Shown piece by piece: positions 18,665 to 27,797 of a DNA stretch of 44,219 nt (position 1 is its first letter; each line of letters starts with the position of its first letter). The position numbers were made by a program, and so were the translations under genes. Origin of the DNA: Escherichia phage vB_EcoS-12210I; the sequence record NC_049813.1. One strand, 5' to 3'. The notes beneath the pieces are model-generated. The model was not told the origin of the DNA, did no database searches, and saw only the letters and a program-made list of their open reading frames with translations.

Positions 18665-18688
18665 AAAAAAAACCTCCCGAAGGAGGCT
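18665..18688 (-). terminator. Hairpin with U-run
   Basis: CCTCC-CGAA-GGAGG followed by T8. Confidence 0.6.
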
Positions 18689-18704
18689 TTATATATCTTA
18701 ATTA

Positions 18705-19214
18705 TTAAGCTGCAACAGTTGAGTCTGCGGATTGAATAAGCTGAACTTCAACTAGTGCGCCATCAACGCTTAGGTCTTGCGGGTCTGTGCCCGTTTTTTT
18801 GATGTAACCACCAGCAAATGTAAAACCAGTCTCCCAAGTAGAACCTGCCGCTTCTGCAACAACAACGCCACTCGCGTTTACGAAAACCTTGCCACCAAAA
18901 GCTGGCGCAGCCGCTAGATTTGTACGAACCCAGATTCGACCATGAGTCATTACGTTAACCGCTTCATTTACGCGAGCTGTGCCATCTGGAGTCTCGTAAT
19001 GAGATTTAACAACAACACCATAAGGTTTAACTGGCGAGCCAGTTACAGCTGGGAGTCCAACAACCTTGTGACCATCTACAGGCTGAGCGGATGTAACGCC
19101 AACAAAAGTGCCAACCGGAATTGGTGCTGCACCGCCAACCACACAAGCACCGTCGATGTTATAGAGCGAAGTATCAGAAATCATACCAGCCAGTGCTACG
19201 GAACGAATTGCCAT
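18705..19214 (-). CDS. Putative head decoration / structural protein
   Basis: 169 aa Gly/Val/Ala-rich, between scaffold and capsid genes. Confidence 0.4.
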   Translation of the reverse strand: MAIRSVALAGMISDTSLYNIDGACVVGGAAPIPVGTFVGVTSAQPVDGHKVVGLPAVTGSPVKPYGVVVKSHYETPDGTARVNEAVNVMTHGRIWVRTNLAAAPAFGGKVFVNASGVVVAEAAGSTWETGFTFAGGYIKKTGTDPQDLSVDGALVEVQLIQSADSTVAA

Positions 19215-19226
19215 GTTTATAACTCC

Positions 19227-20315
19227 TTATTTCTTAATTTTAGCTAAACGAGCACGCGGGTCTAATTTCTTAGGCTCATCGGCGCTGTCATATTTGTCGG
19301 AAGCGGTAGTCGCTTTACGTATTTCAGCCATTTTATCAGATTCTTTGGCAATGTCGAACGCTGCGTCGATGTATGCGTCAGACTTCTCGGAAACATCAAG
19401 GCCGGAGACTTCTTTAACGTAAGCAACTTTAATGCCTTTAGCATCCATACCGTCAGCCTTAACACCAGCTTCAGCAGCAACAGCAACCAGGGCGGCAAGG
19501 GCATCAGCGTCAGCTTTCGCTTTAGCCACGGCAGCTTCGATTTCAGCAGGCATTGCATCTACCTTGGCTTTCAGTGCATCGCGCTCAGCGATTGCGGTGT
19601 CAGCCTTTGCGTTCAGTGCTTCGATGTGAGAGGCGATTTCCGGGGCGACCTCAAATTCCTGCGCGCCGTCGAGTTTAATTTTAACTGTCATTTCATGTTT
19701 ATCCTCTTTATTGATATCAACGTCAGTAGTATACGGGTTTTCCTGCTCACCGTCCATATTCAATTTGGCAATACCTGCGCGACCTCTATACACCATTGCG
19801 AGATGGTTCACTTTAATGTCACGCTGAATTGCGTCGAACTCCTGCCATCCTTCTGGCGCATCGAATTGATCACCATCAGATTTAAGGACGTACTCGCCAG
19901 TAATGGGGTCGCCCCAGCCAGGGGTTTCGTCAAGAATTGCATAGTAACCAACGGATAACTCCTTGGCGTTACCTGCCATAGCTTCCTGAATGGCTGTGTT
20001 ATCGTAAACAACAATCGGAGCAACCACTGAGCTACCCAATGGCTCAGCTTTGCCAGTAACGGAACCTACCACTACCTCTTTAGCGTTCTCTGAGTTAACG
20101 AAAACATGATCAAGAGTCATTGGCTTACCCTGGTAACTAGCGAGGGATTCATCCTTGAAGACTTCCTCGGCTGGGCGAAACTCTCGAACCGTTCGACCGT
20201 CTTCCATGTAGTAGACTTGCACGCCTAGGCGTGCGACTACTGGTGTGTCGACTAGAAATCCATTCTCGTCGATTGTCGCCTTGAACTTTGCGCTGTCATA
20301 GCGGATTTTGCTCAT
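19227..20315 (-). CDS. Putative prohead scaffold (possible protease-scaffold fusion)
   Basis: C-terminal Ala/Lys/Glu/Asp-rich helical region typical of scaffolds; position. Confidence 0.5.
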   Translation of the reverse strand: MSKIRYDSAKFKATIDENGFLVDTPVVARLGVQVYYMEDGRTVREFRPAEEVFKDESLASYQGKPMTLDHVFVNSENAKEVVVGSVTGKAEPLGSSVVAPIVVYDNTAIQEAMAGNAKELSVGYYAILDETPGWGDPITGEYVLKSDGDQFDAPEGWQEFDAIQRDIKVNHLAMVYRGRAGIAKLNMDGEQENPYTTDVDINKEDKHEMTVKIKLDGAQEFEVAPEIASHIEALNAKADTAIAERDALKAKVDAMPAEIEAAVAKAKADADALAALVAVAAEAGVKADGMDAKGIKVAYVKEVSGLDVSEKSDAYIDAAFDIAKESDKMAEIRKATTASDKYDSADEPKKLDPRARLAKIKK

Positions 20316-20327
20316 TTAATTCTCCTA

Positions 20328-21056
20328 TTATGATTCCCAATCTGGAACCGACCAGCAACGACAGCCGTATTCTTGACCTGGAAATATATCGTTACCACCA
20401 AGTTTAAAGCTAAGACCTTCTCTTGCTATGTGAGACTGACGCTCCCTATCATCTAACATGCCATGCCAGATGTAACGGCTAACACCAGCATCCTCAAGCC
20501 TACGCCTCATCAGTGTCGAGTTGAGACTAGAGACAATTCCAGATGCAATATTTGCCGTTCGCTTCCTGTATGTTTTGTACCTATCGGATAACTTAACGTA
20601 GTCACCATTCTGTATTGTTGCAGCCGCCTGTAAGAAATCATCCTTGATGTTATTTAGCAGCTTCCTGGCTGACTTATCCGTGGTGTAAATCCACTGATTA
20701 AGGTCATCATTATACCACGGCTCACCACCATTGATGCCGTTAACCTCAAGGTTCAGAACGCTAGGATTGGACCTTCCTCCGGTCTTTATTGCAAGCACAA
20801 GAAATTGCGAGCTATTGTATCTGTATATCGCCGCCCCTATAGCCGGGATGGTTGATATAAATGACGCCACCAATGCAGAAATTATCCCCTCAAGATATCC
20901 ATCCTCCTCCCCTAGCTCCTCTGCAGTATCAATTCTAAGCCTTGTTGCTGAATCCTTCATTGCTGAAATTAACTCAGTTACCGCAATGCTGAGATTGCGG
21001 TTAACCTTGCTCTCAATTATCTGCGGATACTTCCAGCGGGTCGTTACTGGTTTCAC
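20328..21056 (-). CDS. Head morphogenesis protein (SPP1 gp7 / Mu F-like)
   Basis: Downstream of portal; C-terminal GCRC motif. Confidence 0.55.
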   Translation of the reverse strand: MKPVTTRWKYPQIIESKVNRNLSIAVTELISAMKDSATRLRIDTAEELGEEDGYLEGIISALVASFISTIPAIGAAIYRYNSSQFLVLAIKTGGRSNPSVLNLEVNGINGGEPWYNDDLNQWIYTTDKSARKLLNNIKDDFLQAAATIQNGDYVKLSDRYKTYRKRTANIASGIVSSLNSTLMRRRLEDAGVSRYIWHGMLDDRERQSHIAREGLSFKLGGNDIFPGQEYGCRCWSVPDWES

Positions 21057-22281
21057 TAATCGTCACCTCTGTCTCTACTGAACCGTCACTAATCTTAACC
21101 TCTGGAGCGATTGCGCGCAATGTATCTCTCGCTTCGTCAATATCCATAGCGCCAGATGCAATTAGCGTCGCGATGCTGTTTACGTTCTTCTCAAGAATCT
21201 CGGCCTTATCCTTACTTGATTCCTGCGCTAGGGGATTAAACTCCACTGACCATTCTTGCTCGTCTGAAATGAACGGAATCAGGAACCCGAGAATCGGCAG
21301 TAGTTCAGCGTTACGCTTGCGATCGACTAGCTTATGGAATGTCTCCAATGCGGTGTTCTGACTTGATGATACGCCGCCAACGTTCTTGTTCTTCAGGATA
21401 ATCTCATGAATACCGCTCAGCGCAACGATTCTGTCGAACTTCTTATCCAGGAACGCATCAATCCCGCCAATATCAGAGTTCAGAACACTGTATTCTTCAG
21501 ACTCTGCGTCAATGCCAATTGCCTGACCAACGCCACTATTGTTATCAACCTGAGCTAGGCGCAATCTTGCAGCGCCAAATCCTTCGCTATCATCACACAA
21601 TTCAGCAAGACCCTTGGCTTTCCACACCGCCTGCTGCTTGCGCTTCAGTAACTGCGTAGCAAGTAGTTCGCAGTTGGTGTAATCCTTAATTGAGTCAAGA
21701 ATGTCACTGGAGAGAACGCTGCGGCCCCAGCCATCATTCTGCCGACGCATTACGTTAGGAATTCGCTCTCCGTCAATGATGTGAATGCGGCTGTAGTGCA
21801 CATCATAGAACATATCGCTCTCATTAGTTGTGATGCGATAGGTTAGTGGCTTACCAAAACGCGCGTTGCGTGGGTTCTCCTCGCGAGTCTGGACTTTTAC
21901 CTGCGTACGGTCGTAAACGCGAACAGTTTCAAGTTCAGCGCCTTCTCTGACCGGACTTGTTAGCGCCCTATTGTCCTTAACGATAGCGACAATGGCAGAA
22001 CCGCCGAACAATCTCGCCCATGACCAGGCTTCATTGATGTGCTTTGTTAGTTCTAGGTAGTCCCAGCGCGACCAGAATGCAGGCTCATCATCAATTCCAT
22101 CAATGTGGAATCCTGCCGCTAATGCTGTTTCCGGGATTGTGTCGATTATTCGACGCACCAGCGCATTATCCGCATAAAGCGAAGCTAGAATTGTAGGGGC
22201 TTGGCTCTGCAAGCTCCCGTAAATCTCACTACCATCACTGCCGCCTAGAAAGATATTGGCGTAGCTGTCTGTCTTGACCAT
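21013..22281 (-). CDS. Portal protein
   Basis: About 422 aa after terL; start reset to ATG 22281 with GGAG RBS because the track N-terminus runs through a hairpin. Confidence 0.7.
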   Translation of the reverse strand: MVKTDSYANIFLGGSDGSEIYGSLQSQAPTILASLYADNALVRRIIDTIPETALAAGFHIDGIDDEPAFWSRWDYLELTKHINEAWSWARLFGGSAIVAIVKDNRALTSPVREGAELETVRVYDRTQVKVQTREENPRNARFGKPLTYRITTNESDMFYDVHYSRIHIIDGERIPNVMRRQNDGWGRSVLSSDILDSIKDYTNCELLATQLLKRKQQAVWKAKGLAELCDDSEGFGAARLRLAQVDNNSGVGQAIGIDAESEEYSVLNSDIGGIDAFLDKKFDRIVALSGIHEIILKNKNVGGVSSSQNTALETFHKLVDRKRNAELLPILGFLIPFISDEQEWSVEFNPLAQESSKDKAEILEKNVNSIATLIASGAMDIDEARDTLRAIAPEVKISDGSVETEVTISETSNDPLEVSADN

Positions 22282-22294
22282 GTTTTTCTCCAAT

Positions 22295-22318
22295 AAAAAA
22301 GCCCCATACACGGGGCTA
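22295..22318 (-). terminator. Intercistronic hairpin with U-run (terL-portal junction)
   Basis: GCCCC-ATACAC-GGGGC then T6, GGAG, ATG; paralogous to 10543-10565. Confidence 0.55.
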
Positions 22319-22329
22319 GTTTATCACGC

Positions 22330-23904
22330 TTATTTAATTCCTGCGAGGCGTAACATCCGCGATTTAGGGTCATCTGCAAGGTTTAGCTCGCAGTTTATTG
22401 CCATTGTTGTTGTATCTACAATGTCATCATGGCGGTGGCTCATGTCTGCTGTAAATGCTGAAAACTCAGAGATGAATGCACTCATCCACGGCGCCGATTC
22501 TGGAATCATTACATTTCCAGCCTTAATCTGAGGCATTGCTGACAGCACTCTGGTAACTTTATCTGTATCTGGTATAAATGGCTCAATAGGTGTACGCATA
22601 ACCCTGCTTGCAGATTGAATCAGACCGATACCAGATGCTTTCTTCTCGATGATTACCTTCCGAAGAATACCCTCCTCCCGATTAGTCTTTCTCGCATTGG
22701 ATTCAAACTCTAGCAAGGTAGCCTCAAGCTCGGGCGCTTCATACTTACCCCTAACCATATCAAGAAGGTATAGCTTTCTGTCTTTTACTCCCCACAGCTG
22801 GAATACACTAAAGTCACTGTACGACTTCGTGGTAAGCGCGGTATCCGCAGTAATAAATCGGTAATCATACTTCAATGGCGCTCGCAAATCTCCACCGTAA
22901 CGTATAAACCAATCCGTATCCACCATGTTGCCACCTAGAGCTATGGGGCTTTGCATATATTGACTTGCGAACGTGTATGGGTCTGCGTCTTGCATAGCCA
23001 TTAAATCATGAATGGATTCCTTTTGTGGGTAGTAGCTGTAGTACTTAACACCATCTCGCTCGATGTACTCACTAGATAGAACGTCAGCCTCGAAGTGTGG
23101 TTTTAACCAGTCAGGAAGTGTGTCGATGTAATCCTCAGTAACTATCGCCGGAATCTTCACCACATCGAAGTCTATCCCCATACCTCCAGATTCAGCCATG
23201 AACCAACTTGAGTCGTTAACATGCAATCGCTGCTGTATGGAAATAATTGGTGTGGCCTTACCCTTGACCGAGCTAGCCCTACGAGAGCGAATGGTGTTCT
23301 TCAGGAGCATATGAACCGACTCTCGGCGAACCTTGCTAAACATGTCATCAACCTTATCTACATCATCCAGCATAAGGCAACCACTATAGGTGTCAGTAAT
23401 GTAGCCGCCACGTGAACCTGTAATCTGGCCTCCGATAGCTTTTGATATCGACTCAAAGCGAACCTTGCCTGACTCATCGAGAACCTGAATCTCATCATCC
23501 TTGCACGTGCCAAACTTGCTAGGGAATAGCTCCTGAAACTCCTTGCACTTAATTAGGTCGCGCACTCGCTTAGAGTTTCGCTTAACCAGGCTATCAGAGA
23601 ACGAAAGGCTAAGATTTCGCACTTTTGGTAGTTTTAGATAGCTATAAACTGGAAAGTGGATGGATGTGATCTCGGTTTTACCGGCGCCAGGCGATACGTT
23701 TATGATTGTATCCTTTCGATCTCCGCTAATAATCTCGTCAACTATCCTGCAAAGATACCTGTGATGCCAGTTCATGATGTACTTCTGGCCCTGTGTCAGG
23801 CTGAACCATACCCGAAGGAATGTCTCGAAGTTATGCGTGGAAAGAAGCCTGATGGCTTGCTTTTCTGATTGGGATAGCTCCTCCCAAACTAAAACATCAC
23901 TCAT
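22330..23904 (-). CDS. Terminase large subunit
   Basis: 524 aa with Walker A-like PGAGKT and acidic C-terminal nuclease region; position. Confidence 0.8.
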   Translation of the reverse strand: MSDVLVWEELSQSEKQAIRLLSTHNFETFLRVWFSLTQGQKYIMNWHHRYLCRIVDEIISGDRKDTIINVSPGAGKTEITSIHFPVYSYLKLPKVRNLSLSFSDSLVKRNSKRVRDLIKCKEFQELFPSKFGTCKDDEIQVLDESGKVRFESISKAIGGQITGSRGGYITDTYSGCLMLDDVDKVDDMFSKVRRESVHMLLKNTIRSRRASSVKGKATPIISIQQRLHVNDSSWFMAESGGMGIDFDVVKIPAIVTEDYIDTLPDWLKPHFEADVLSSEYIERDGVKYYSYYPQKESIHDLMAMQDADPYTFASQYMQSPIALGGNMVDTDWFIRYGGDLRAPLKYDYRFITADTALTTKSYSDFSVFQLWGVKDRKLYLLDMVRGKYEAPELEATLLEFESNARKTNREEGILRKVIIEKKASGIGLIQSASRVMRTPIEPFIPDTDKVTRVLSAMPQIKAGNVMIPESAPWMSAFISEFSAFTADMSHRHDDIVDTTTMAINCELNLADDPKSRMLRLAGIK

Positions 23905-23922
23905 TGTTATACCCTCTTATTG

Positions 23923-24429
23923 TTATAACTTGCTAATCACGGACTCCAGCGCCTCCTTCATACTATCAACGTCGTTAGCTGTGGAGTTGTTGCTAATCTT
24001 AATCTCCTGCGGCTTATCAATGCCAAGTTCTTTACCAACGATTGTGGAGTTGATGATACCCGCAACGCCAAGCTGATACTTCTGCTCGTAGATTACGTTA
24101 TCAATAAATTCCATCACATCAGAGTACCCAGCCTCAGTACGCCAGCGTGCGAATCTATTGATGTTGACACCCATGAAGAGCGCCAACCCGGTTAATGTGA
24201 ACACGCGCGGCTTGTGTACAAGGTTTTCACTAACAACGCCCTGGAAAGCTGCTGTCTCAATTGCCTTAATTGCCTCACTCTCTGCCCAGGAGAAGTATCG
24301 AACGGCGAAATTGAAGACCTCCTCTGGTGTGTACTTGCGGTTGATTGCCACCATGGCAATATCGCCATACTTCTTGTTGTATAGCGCCTTGAAATTTCCC
24401 TCACCCATCTTTAGTGCTGCTTTACTCAT
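23923..24429 (-). CDS. Terminase small subunit (putative)
   Basis: 168 aa directly upstream of terL; AAGGAGG RBS. Confidence 0.55.
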   Translation of the reverse strand: MSKAALKMGEGNFKALYNKKYGDIAMVAINRKYTPEEVFNFAVRYFSWAESEAIKAIETAAFQGVVSENLVHKPRVFTLTGLALFMGVNINRFARWRTEAGYSDVMEFIDNVIYEQKYQLGVAGIINSTIVGKELGIDKPQEIKISNNSTANDVDSMKEALESVISKL

Positions 24430-24452
24430 AAATCCTCCTTTGTTGAGGTCAG

Positions 24453-24461
24453 ATTATACCA
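24453..24461 (-). promoter_or_regulatory. Extended -10 element TGGTATAAT upstream of terS (candidate late promoter)
   Basis: Perfect TGnTATAAT about 24 nt upstream of the terS ATG. Confidence 0.4.
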
Positions 24462-24472
24462 TATTGGAGACG

Positions 24473-24495
24473 AAAAAAAGCCCTCAAGCGAGGGC
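24473..24495 (-). terminator. Rho-independent terminator separating the early block from terS
   Basis: GCCCTC-AAGC-GAGGGC followed by T7. Confidence 0.7.
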
Positions 24496-24540
24496 TAAAA
24501 ACAACGAGAGAAACGAAACTTTACAAGGGTATAACACTTT

Positions 24541-24723
24541 TTACTTTCGCTCACGAACGTAAGCTACAAGGAATTTGTGAGTGTCAGGGTCAGCACCTGA
24601 CATCTCTTTTACTTTCGCTACCGCATCCTCAGCGCTGATTGCGGCAACTGACGCGATGTAATCTTGAGAGCAATTCTTGCAACTGCGGCCCATTAAGCGA
24701 ATGGACAACTTCACATCCCACAT
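24541..24723 (-). CDS. Hypothetical protein, 60 aa
   Basis: AAAGGAG RBS; starts 15 nt downstream of the tRNA. Confidence 0.5.
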   Translation of the reverse strand: MWDVKLSIRLMGRSCKNCSQDYIASVAAISAEDAVAKVKEMSGADPDTHKFLVAYVRERK

Positions 24724-24738
24724 AATGAACTCCTTTAT

Positions 24739-24816
24739 TGGCGCTCCGCACTGGATTCGAACCAGTAACCTACGACTTAGAAGGTCGTTGCTACTATCCT
24801 ATTGAGCTAGCAGAGC
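24739..24816 (-). tRNA. tRNA-Arg (anticodon UCU), CCA encoded
   Basis: Manual cloverleaf: acceptor GCTCTGC/GCGGAGC (one G-U), T arm ACTGG-TTCGAAT-CCAGT, anticodon stem ACGAC/GTCGT with loop CUUCUAA, 5-nt variable loop; D stem weak. Confidence 0.8.
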
Positions 24817-25090
24817 CTTGAATGAGTCCCGGTTACGGCTCCGGGGCTGCCTGATACAGCCGGTTAATCTGCCTATTTGCGCTAGGTCTTAATGCCGTAT
24901 ACGCTACCTAATGAGCAACGGACTTATTAGCTGCGCTCCGTGCGCCGTTCCATCTTGGATGGCTCGATTGCCTACGTGGTTAATGTTAGATAATTCCGGT
25001 CAGTGATGCAAGCTCTTTTTTACAACCTCCATCTAAACGATTAAAAAGCAACCCCAAGCAATCAGTCCCGCGATAAACCAGATAGTAAAT

Positions 25091-25330
25091 TCACTCATAA
25101 AGACTATTCCCATTCTCGTCATGACCCACACGACCCTTAAGATATCCACTAGTCCAAACAAAGCGATCTCGACTAATGATTGTAAAAACTGGCTCCCACA
25201 TCTTAGAAATCAACGTCGCAACATGCTTATCGTCCTTACGCTGCTTTGGCGATAGCTTGCTGTACTCTTCGTTCAACTTTGCGGCCTGACGTTTAACTGC
25301 GTTGAAGTGTGCTTCTGATAATCCGAACAT
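25091..25330 (-). CDS. Hypothetical protein, 79 aa
   Basis: ORF in the early minus-strand block. Confidence 0.45.
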   Translation of the reverse strand: MFGLSEAHFNAVKRQAAKLNEEYSKLSPKQRKDDKHVATLISKMWEPVFTIISRDRFVWTSGYLKGRVGHDENGNSLYE

Positions 25331-25533
25331 TATAAGACTCCACCAACAAAGACGCAGCGAGACTCAAAACCAATAACTGGTTTAGCTATAACGCAGCGAG
25401 AATGAAAACCCGTGATTCCGTTAACAACTACTTTTCTTGAATTCAAACCTAAACCTAAACCCAAAGACTCATCATAATTATTTTCTGCGATATGTGATTT
25501 AACTTTGGTCACTTCATTTGATTTGTTGTTCAT
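25330..25533 (-). CDS. Hypothetical protein, about 67 aa (starts MNNKSNEV)
   Basis: Start moved to ATG 25533 after RBS AGAGAGATAGAG; the track's longer ORF runs over the promoter element. Confidence 0.45.
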   Translation of the reverse strand: MNNKSNEVTKVKSHIAENNYDESLGLGLGLNSRKVVVNGITGFHSRCVIAKPVIGFESRCVFVGGVL

Positions 25534-25566
25534 TTTCTCTATCTCTCTAGTTGTGTTGATATGGTG

Positions 25567-25612
25567 ATTATATGCCATCCATGGCGACTGCGTTGAGCAA
25601 TTCGTGCTATTT
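25567..25612 (-). promoter_or_regulatory. Promoter-like module copy e: element 25593-25612, TATAAT 25567-25572
   Basis: Element and hexamer with 20-bp spacer. Confidence 0.55.
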
Positions 25613-25750
25613 ATAGAATGACTTAACAAAAGCCTCTGGCGTCACACCTTGTTTGTAAGGCTTAATTAAATCCTTAATGATGAACCGGTTGAATGTTTTC
25701 ATATCAAAGACCAGTCTTTCACATGCGATTACGTATTCAGTGAAGCTCAT
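25607..25750 (-). CDS. Hypothetical small protein, 47 aa
   Basis: GGGAGGAG RBS; ATGA overlap with upstream ORF; below the track length cutoff. Confidence 0.4.
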   Translation of the reverse strand: MSFTEYVIACERLVFDMKTFNRFIIKDLIKPYKQGVTPEAFVKSFYK

Positions 25751-25872
25751 TGTTTCTCCTCCCGTTGCATCCAAATTTGCGCAAGCTCGTAGTAAGCCAT
25801 CACCTCTTCGCTAGTTTTAGCTTCGTCCTGCATTCGCTTGCACCACTCTGCTGGGCTTTCTTGTGCTTCCAT
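25747..25872 (-). CDS. Hypothetical small protein, 41 aa
   Basis: AAGGTGA RBS; ATGA coupling to the next ORF. Confidence 0.35.
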   Translation of the reverse strand: MEAQESPAEWCKRMQDEAKTSEEVMAYYELAQIWMQREEKQ

Positions 25873-25923
25873 GATGAATCACCTTGCTTAAATTATCGTT
25901 CGTTAGAATGCGTTTTAGGCGCG

Positions 25924-26367
25924 TTAAATCTTATTCAATTGCTCAAGAATTTCGTATGCTAGCTCTCTGGCCTGCTCTTCGGTTAAGTGAATGGTGTGAA
26001 CCTGTGGCTCTTCGCGCATCCCGCACGCCTGGGCAATGATGAATGTTGCGTAGCCGTCAAAGTGGTTGGCCTGGAGCTTTGGCTCTGATTGGGAGAATCG
26101 AAGTGACTCAGCTCTCGCCTTGCACTGACTCATCATCATGTCAAATGTTGGATCTTTATCCATCTCTTTAACCTCTTTCCATTGCCAAAGTATACCATTT
26201 AATGGAACTCGTTCTCCAACCTTAAACTTTGGCTCACCATCATTAGAAGGGCAATCGTTGGTGTCTTTGGTTATAATAAACTCCCCATCTTCAGAGGCGA
26301 GGCCATATACTACCTGACCAATAGAAACTGAATCAGTGTAACTTCCTGTGCAAATAAACTTAGTCAT
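25924..26367 (-). CDS. Hypothetical protein, 147 aa
   Basis: ORF with GAGATGAGG leader/RBS downstream of a promoter-like module. Confidence 0.5.
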   Translation of the reverse strand: MTKFICTGSYTDSVSIGQVVYGLASEDGEFIITKDTNDCPSNDGEPKFKVGERVPLNGILWQWKEVKEMDKDPTFDMMMSQCKARAESLRFSQSEPKLQANHFDGYATFIIAQACGMREEPQVHTIHLTEEQARELAYEILEQLNKI

Positions 26368-26398
26368 TATTGTAACCTCATCTCGTTTCGGTAGGGTA

Positions 26399-26444
26399 AC
26401 TATAATAAATTACCCCAATACTGTTTTAGGAATTCGTGCTATTT
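26399..26444 (-). promoter_or_regulatory. Promoter-like module copy f: element 26425-26444, TATAGT 26399-26404
   Basis: Element and hexamer with 20-bp spacer. Confidence 0.55.
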
Positions 26445-26586
26445 AGCATTCTTTGACAACTTCACACCACTTAATAGTTCCCCCAAGAACCCTCTGCTGA
26501 TCAAATGCTTTATGAAACCCCTCGCACACTCGAACATGCTTAACGCTATTAAACTTACCAGTGTAGTACGTATGGATGTAAATCAT
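26443..26586 (-). CDS. Hypothetical small protein, 47 aa
   Basis: ATGA overlap with upstream gene; 3-prime end overlaps promoter element f. Confidence 0.3.
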   Translation of the reverse strand: MIYIHTYYTGKFNSVKHVRVCEGFHKAFDQQRVLGGTIKWCEVVKEC

Positions 26587-26810
26587 TTCTTAGTCGCCTT
26601 ATCCAAGTTAGTGAGGTATGCGGCATTAACGATAAGCGCCTCGTACTGGCGTGATGATTCGAAGTCACTGACGTCGAATTGCTGATTATTAATCTGTGCG
26701 CGAATCTCATCTACCGCTTTGCGCTGGCTATCACTTCGTGTTGGCATGAATGAATTAATCATCGACTTCAGTTCTGCTGCTTGCTTGTCTGACAGGTTAA
26801 TAGTAATCAT
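26583..26810 (-). CDS. Hypothetical protein, 75 aa
   Basis: GAGAGGATAG RBS. Confidence 0.45.
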   Translation of the reverse strand: MITINLSDKQAAELKSMINSFMPTRSDSQRKAVDEIRAQINNQQFDVSDFESSRQYEALIVNAAYLTNLDKATKK

Positions 26811-26839
26811 TTTCTATCCTCTCGCTTTGTGTGAACCAA

Positions 26840-26885
26840 CTATAACAAAACCCGCCGTAGCTGGTTAGGCAAAAAGTGCTATTTA
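26840..26885 (-). promoter_or_regulatory. Promoter-like module copy g: element 26866-26885, TATAGT 26840-26845
   Basis: Element and hexamer with 20-bp spacer. Confidence 0.5.
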
Positions 26886-27139
26886 CCAACCTGAATTGAT
26901 TTAGACGATTCATGAATCATCTTCTGCCCGTAAAGCTCTTTAGCCCTCCGCAATGAATCAATCGAGTCATTAAGATCAGTAAGGTAATCTTTGTGACCAC
27001 GCAGACCAGTGCAAAGCATCTTCTTTATTGCATGCTGCGTTGCTGGGTCAGATACACCAAACGCATCAAGAACGCGATAAACATCCACTGTTGTTACCGT
27101 GCCATCAATGCCAATAATTTCACGATTGTACTTACTCAT
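26879..27139 (-). CDS. Hypothetical protein, 86 aa
   Basis: ORF in early block. Confidence 0.45.
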   Translation of the reverse strand: MSKYNREIIGIDGTVTTVDVYRVLDAFGVSDPATQHAIKKMLCTGLRGHKDYLTDLNDSIDSLRRAKELYGQKMIHESSKSIQVGK

Positions 27140-27289
27140 ATATCAATCCTCGTTATTGTGCCGCCATGCGTCTTAAGCATGAGCTTTGCGTACTTTTCGT
27201 CTACATAGTGCAGGAGCATATCAATACCCCTGCTGCTGAATTTATGTTCGTATATCGTCACTTAACTTACACTCGCGTGGTTGGTGTGG

Positions 27290-27337
27290 GGATTATACCA
27301 GTCAGGATGAATCCCATTTTAGCAAAAAGTGCTATCT
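27290..27337 (-). promoter_or_regulatory. Promoter-like module copy h: element 27318-27337, TATAAT 27290-27295
   Basis: Element and hexamer with 22-bp spacer. Confidence 0.5.
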
Positions 27338-27550
27338 GATAACCCCGTACTTAACCGCGTTGGCGAGGGTAACATACTGCTTAGCCGTCAGCGTTGAGTG
27401 AAAGGTGAAGATTCCGGCCTGGACACCCTTAACCAGCGATTCAGGCTTGATCCCTGAAATGTTGATGATCCCGAGACCGCCAACAGTGCGAAGAACCACT
27501 CCGGAAACCACACAAAACTCGACACCATTACTATTCGTATATACCTGCAT
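27332..27550 (-). CDS. Hypothetical protein, 72 aa
   Basis: ORF in early block. Confidence 0.45.
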   Translation of the reverse strand: MQVYTNSNGVEFCVVSGVVLRTVGGLGIINISGIKPESLVKGVQAGIFTFHSTLTAKQYVTLANAVKYGVIR

Positions 27551-27563
27551 TATAATTTCTCCT

Positions 27564-27773
27564 TCATTGCCTCTCCGCCTCGTCTGCTGCCAGGATTAAT
27601 GCCGCCGCCAGTTTGCGGGCTTGATCAGAGCTGTATCGCATAATCGCCTGGCTGTCTCCATTGTCGTCAGGATCGAAATCCAGATACACAAACGTTCCTT
27701 GAGCGCCGCTACCTATACTTACCTCGGCCTGATCAAAGCACTGATCTTCTACTCGAACAGCTTCCATATTCAT
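27564..27773 (-). CDS. Small strongly acidic protein, about 69 aa (starts MNMEAV)
   Basis: AGAGGAAA RBS; about 14 Asp/Glu versus 5 Lys/Arg. Confidence 0.5.
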   Translation of the reverse strand: MNMEAVRVEDQCFDQAEVSIGSGAQGTFVYLDFDPDDNGDSQAIMRYSSDQARKLAAALILAADEAERQ

Positions 27774-27797
27774 TTCCTCTTTGTTTTCGATGGGGTA

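Noticed and set aside
21013-22311. Track start of the portal ORF at 22311 (and similar long N-terminal extensions of the 16056, 3737, 27564, 25330, 36847 and 41163 ORFs)
   Set aside because: The extensions overlap upstream genes, terminator hairpins or promoter elements and lack an RBS; internal ATGs with Shine-Dalgarno sequences were preferred.
24817-25090. Second tRNA next to tRNA-Arg
   Set aside because: No T-loop (GTTCRAWTC) or consistent cloverleaf could be folded by eye; only isolated hairpins.
25593-25612. TTGCTA within the 20-bp element acting as a sigma-70 -35 hexamer
   Set aside because: Distance to the conserved TATAAT-like hexamer is 22-24 bp in every copy, outside the 16-18 bp window; hexamers at the correct 17-bp distance are not conserved.
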